Origin: Candidatus Hodarchaeum mangrovi
Lineage (GTDB): Archaea; Asgardarchaeota; Heimdallarchaeia; Hodarchaeales; Hodarchaeaceae
NCBI GenBank assembly: GCA_016839515.1
Contig: JAEOUE010000169.1
Span: 1-11,314 of the forward strand
DNA: 11,314 bases
Direction of reading: 5' to 3'
Under the pieces are notes generated by a model, which had not been told where the DNA came from, searched no databases, and saw only the letters and a list, made by a program, of their open reading frames with translations. Position 1 is the stretch's first letter. The number at the start of each line of letters is the position of its first letter. This document shows, piece by piece, positions 7,875 through 11,314 of the stretch. The position numbers and the translations under genes are program-made.

Positions 7875-9668
7875 TTATTTTAATGTTGAATAGTAAAATT
7901 CTCCAATTTCTTTTTGAGTTTTGTCCATTTGAGAATCTGCCTTATTAATTCTTGCCCGTCCAGTTTCTGTGTCTCGTCGAAAAGTTATATCTAGGCTCTT
8001 AAGAAAAGCATTCATTCCTTCACGTTTTGCTAAAGGTCCAGAAACATAACCATGCTTAGCTGGGATCCCATTGAAAAGCATAATTCGATCTCCAGTAAAA
8101 TCAGCAAGTTGAATATCATGCTCAATGGATATTACAGCACTAGCTGGATTACGTTTAATCTGGTTTCTAATAACACTAGCAATTTTTGTTCTTTCAAGGG
8201 CATCTAGGAATGCAGAAGGTTCATCTAGGATGAATAAATCTGCTTCACGAGCTAAACATGCTGCAATAAAGACCCGCTGGTTTTCCCCTCCAGAAAGATC
8301 CTGCATGTTACGTTTGAGAAAATGAGTGATCCCAAGAGGATTTAACAGTTGTAATTGCCAGTATTTTGTATTTAAATATTTTCCAGTAGTTTGTTGTAGA
8401 AATTCTGAAACATTAAGGTCATAATTCTTGGAAATCAACTGAGGTTTGTAACTAATAACCGCAGGAATTTTGGCAACATTTGGAATTTTACCAGAGATTA
8501 AATTAGCAAAAGTTGTTTTTCCTAATCCATTTTCTCCCACAGCCACCATAATTTCTCCTAAAAAGATACTTCCTTCTCTGATATCGAGACTAAAATCCCC
8601 TAATCTTACTGACATTGATGGCCAAGAAATTGCTGGTCCTAGCTTAATTGCTCTTTCTTTTGCTGTTCTTTTAAATGAAATTACTCGTGGTCGGAAATGA
8701 ATATTTTCATCCTTTAACCATCCAGTTAAAAACGAATTTAATCCTTTTTTAACAGAAAGAGAGCGTGAAACGACTCCATAAACATGAGGTTCTCCCCATA
8801 AGATGTGGATAAGATTAGACCAGTAATCTAAAACTGATAAATCGTGTTCAACAACAAGAACATAACGCCCTGCTCTTTGTTTTAAGTTAAAAATTCTAGC
8901 TAGAGCTAGTCGTTGTTTCACATCAAGGTATGTAGCAGGTTCGTCTAATAAATATACATCAGCTGGTTGTATAAGGGCATAGGTTATCGCAATTCTCTGT
9001 AATTCCCCTCCACTCGTCTGATTTAATCTCTTACCGAGTAGATTTCTCACCTCTAAAATATCCATGACTTCAGTGTCTTCAGTTTCAATATTTGCATAAA
9101 GCTCCTCAACCGTAATAGCTTTATGTTTCATTTGATCTAGATTCTGTTCCTTGATAGAGACTTTAATGGTTCCTTGCGAAACATCGTCCAAGAATCTTGC
9201 CATTCCAGGAGTTGTCAATGAATTAAGAAATTTGTCAAAGGAATCAGGGGTCGAAAATCCGCCATTAGGTTTGATGTCTCCTGCAAGAATATTTAAGAGT
9301 GTAGACTTTCCAATTCCGTTTTCTCCAACGATTCCAGTCACTAAGCCTTTGTTTAGAAGGGGGAGACCATAGAGTCGGAACTCAGAGTCAACATACTCAT
9401 GAACTGGACTCCATGTTTCTACCTCTCCTGGAATATTAACTACACTTATTGCCCGTTTAAAACAGGCATTAACACAGACACCACAATTGATACAGTGTTT
9501 TTCTACTATTTGTGGGAACAAGGAATCTCCACGAAGTTTTATTGCTTTGGGAACGATTTGGGGATTGTTTTTCTTACCAGTCATATTTACTGGACAAAGG
9601 TTAATGCAACGGTAATTACAGGTATCAGGTGAACATTTATTTCTTAATACAACCGTTTTCTTCTTCAT
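7875..9668 (-). CDS. rli: ABCE1/RLI1 ribosome recycling ATPase with N-terminal 2x[4Fe-4S] domain (divergent)
   Basis: CX4CX3CX3CP and CX2CX2CX3C Fe-S motifs. Two NBDs: GENGIGKST/TSGGELQR/LLDEP/EHD and GENGLGKTT/LSGGENQR/ILDEP/EHD. C-terminal hinge TFRRD..TGRARINK..SQMDKTQK. Confidence 0.95.
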   Translation of the reverse strand: MKKKTVVLRNKCSPDTCNYRCINLCPVNMTGKKNNPQIVPKAIKLRGDSLFPQIVEKHCINCGVCVNACFKRAISVVNIPGEVETWSPVHEYVDSEFRLYGLPLLNKGLVTGIVGENGIGKSTLLNILAGDIKPNGGFSTPDSFDKFLNSLTTPGMARFLDDVSQGTIKVSIKEQNLDQMKHKAITVEELYANIETEDTEVMDILEVRNLLGKRLNQTSGGELQRIAITYALIQPADVYLLDEPATYLDVKQRLALARIFNLKQRAGRYVLVVEHDLSVLDYWSNLIHILWGEPHVYGVVSRSLSVKKGLNSFLTGWLKDENIHFRPRVISFKRTAKERAIKLGPAISWPSMSVRLGDFSLDIREGSIFLGEIMVAVGENGLGKTTFANLISGKIPNVAKIPAVISYKPQLISKNYDLNVSEFLQQTTGKYLNTKYWQLQLLNPLGITHFLKRNMQDLSGGENQRVFIAACLAREADLFILDEPSAFLDALERTKIASVIRNQIKRNPASAVISIEHDIQLADFTGDRIMLFNGIPAKHGYVSGPLAKREGMNAFLKSLDITFRRDTETGRARINKADSQMDKTQKEIGEFYYSTLK

Positions 9669-9960
9669 CAGTCGTTACCTGAAATATTAAAAGGAAAAAT
9701 TAATTCATTTTTAATTTATTGAGAAAAAACTTCTCAATTCCATTATATTCTGCTTATGGCATGAATATTTTTCTTACTTTGATGGAAAATAGATTAATAT
9801 TATTAAAAAAACTGTTTTTTTCACCAATTATGGCGTTACAAATTTGGTTGATAAGAATACTTGAACAAATTAAATAAAATTTATACCCCTCATCTTATAA
9901 AAGAAAAAAAAAAGAATTTTAATCGCTTATCAAATCTAATAAACGGAGATTAAACAATCA

Positions 9961-10473
9961 GTGGAACAAATTGCTCATTTAGAATGGACTCTCGGGATTG
10001 GCTTGATTTGTGCTTCAATCTGGAACATAGAAGTAACCGCACTTGGATTTTTTCTTCTAGGTATTGGTTCAGTATTTCCCGACCTTTTTGATTGGTTCAT
10101 CTTCCGTGGAAAGCGATTCTCTGAAGGACATAGAGAATTATCTCATACAGTTTATTTCTTAGGATTATTAATATTATTGAGTATTATTGTACCAATTATC
10201 GGATACCTAACATTTGGTAGTATCCTTCATATTTTTGAGGATGTTTTAGCAGGACGAGACTATATCTATATTTTTTCACCGCTTACTCATCGTGGAGGGA
10301 TTCGCTTGATCACTAAAGAACAATCAATAAAAATAGGGGGATTTATTCGTGATATAATTAAAGGATCATTTTTAGGCTCCGAAAATATTGGAAATGAACT
10401 ATCTTGGTTCTGGTTTCTAACCATAATTGGGTCATGGTTTTTAATTGGGGGAATCTTAATGTATTTTGGTTAA
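9961..10473 (+). CDS. Membrane-bound metal-dependent hydrolase (YdjM-like), paralog 1
   Basis: N-terminal His, GSVFPDLFD, HRELSHT and LHIFEDVL motifs between TM helices. GTG start with GGAG upstream. Confidence 0.8.
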   Translation: MEQIAHLEWTLGIGLICASIWNIEVTALGFFLLGIGSVFPDLFDWFIFRGKRFSEGHRELSHTVYFLGLLILLSIIVPIIGYLTFGSILHIFEDVLAGRDYIYIFSPLTHRGGIRLITKEQSIKIGGFIRDIIKGSFLGSENIGNELSWFWFLTIIGSWFLIGGILMYFG

Positions 10474-10487
10474 GGAGTGGATCTAGA

Positions 10488-11015
10488 ATAGAAGCATTAA
10501 AACATACAGAATGGGTGTTCGGCACAATTTTTATCTGGTTTGCGGTTTTTGACCTTGAATTTACTCCCATTTGGATTTTAATCGTAATATTCGGAAGTCA
10601 AATTCCTGATTTCCTTGAATTGATGCTTATTCGATTAAAATGTCCACAAAATACCGCTCGGAAGATATCGCATGATTACGCGATTGTGTTGTTTCTTTGG
10701 GTAATAATTCCTTTTAATTTATACCCTGAATTAAACCTTCTCACAACAGCGATAGCAGTCCATTATGTTATTGACTTATTTTCAGGACTTGAACCAATTT
10801 ACATTGCAGGTTTTTTATTTGGGGAACGAACAGCTATATTATATGTAACAACAGAACACCGAATTGCTATTGGGAAAAGAATTGATAATTGGGGATCAAA
10901 TTACTTGATTGCTGAAACTGAAGACCCTACTCCAGAACTCGCGTGGTTTTGGGTGATGCAGCTTTCAGGAACCATATTCTGTGGCATAGGGGCAATAATG
11001 TATCTTTCATTCTAA
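10488..11015 (+). CDS. Membrane-bound metal-dependent hydrolase-like protein, paralog 2 (probable start ATA 10488 rather than 10404)
   Basis: HTEW, GSQIPDFLE, ARKISHD, VHYVIDLFSG and ELAWFW are collinear with paralog 1. The ORF-track start at 10404 overlaps paralog 1 by 70 bp, whereas ATA 10488 aligns with the Met of paralog 1. Confidence 0.7.
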   Translation: MEALKHTEWVFGTIFIWFAVFDLEFTPIWILIVIFGSQIPDFLELMLIRLKCPQNTARKISHDYAIVLFLWVIIPFNLYPELNLLTTAIAVHYVIDLFSGLEPIYIAGFLFGERTAILYVTTEHRIAIGKRIDNWGSNYLIAETEDPTPELAWFWVMQLSGTIFCGIGAIMYLSF

Positions 11016-11165
11016 TACTTGGGGTAACCAAGCCAGTAATCAAGAGATTAACTTCCTACTTCTGAAACCATTTAAGACGAACTACAACACAAATATCTAT
11101 GGGGATTTGGTTTTGTTCGAATCTCTTGTGAATTATTAAAGGTTTGTTTGTTTAAAGTGATATAA

Positions 11166-11314
11166 ATGCCTCTACCACTCATAATTACTAAGATCAGTGA
11201 TCTTTTTTTCTTGAGTTATGAACTTTTAGTAAGTAATCGAAAATTAATTTTCCCTACCATGATTGGATTAATAATTGCTCTCGCGGTTGTTTCCCAAAGC
11301 GGGATTCTTGTTGA
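11166..11314 (+). CDS. Start of a membrane protein, probably an ABC transporter permease (FtsX/MacB-like); 3'-truncated and absent from the ORF track
   Basis: ATG 11166 with GTGA upstream. The frame is open to the window end: MPLPLIITKISDLFFLSYELLVSNRKLIFPTMIGLIIALAVVSQSGILV. An amphipathic helix, then NRK, then a first TM (IGLIIALAVVS) is the typical start of FtsX-like permeases. Confidence 0.6.
   Translation, partial: MPLPLIITKISDLFFLSYELLVSNRKLIFPTMIGLIIALAVVSQSGILV

Noticed and set aside
5827-9632. Short ORFs antisense to mscS, the S2P gene and ABCE1 (5827, 6918, 7650, 8125, 8470, 9151, 9399)
   Set aside because: Each lies fully within a well-supported gene on the opposite strand.
10358-10570. 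70-aa minus-strand ORF, and the 10404 start for paralog 2
   Set aside because: The minus ORF is a shadow across both hydrolase genes. The 10404 extension overlaps paralog 1 by 70 bp and has no counterpart in it.

Overview
AT-rich chromosomal window, most likely from an Asgard archaeon (inferred from the archaeal-type TrpRS and ABCE1, the Rag-like GTPases with roadblock-like tails, and a longin-like protein). Left to right: 3' end of trpS; a convergent small 8-Cys protein; a ~560-bp divergent intergenic region; a co-directional four-gene cluster (1442-5204); mscS; an M50 site-2 protease; a convergent, divergent-looking ABCE1/RLI; two tandem paralogous membrane metal-dependent hydrolases; and the start of a probable ABC/FtsX-type permease. 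The cluster is the highlight. It encodes a Rag/Gtr-like GTPase, a catalytically degenerate pseudo-GTPase, a FLCN/SMCR8-like longin protein fused to a gelsolin-like domain and split by one in-frame TAA, and a second Rag-like GTPase. It looks like a compact prokaryotic analogue of the eukaryotic Rag heterodimer plus longin-GAP module. All family assignments come from motif reading by eye and remembered sequences; no searches were run.
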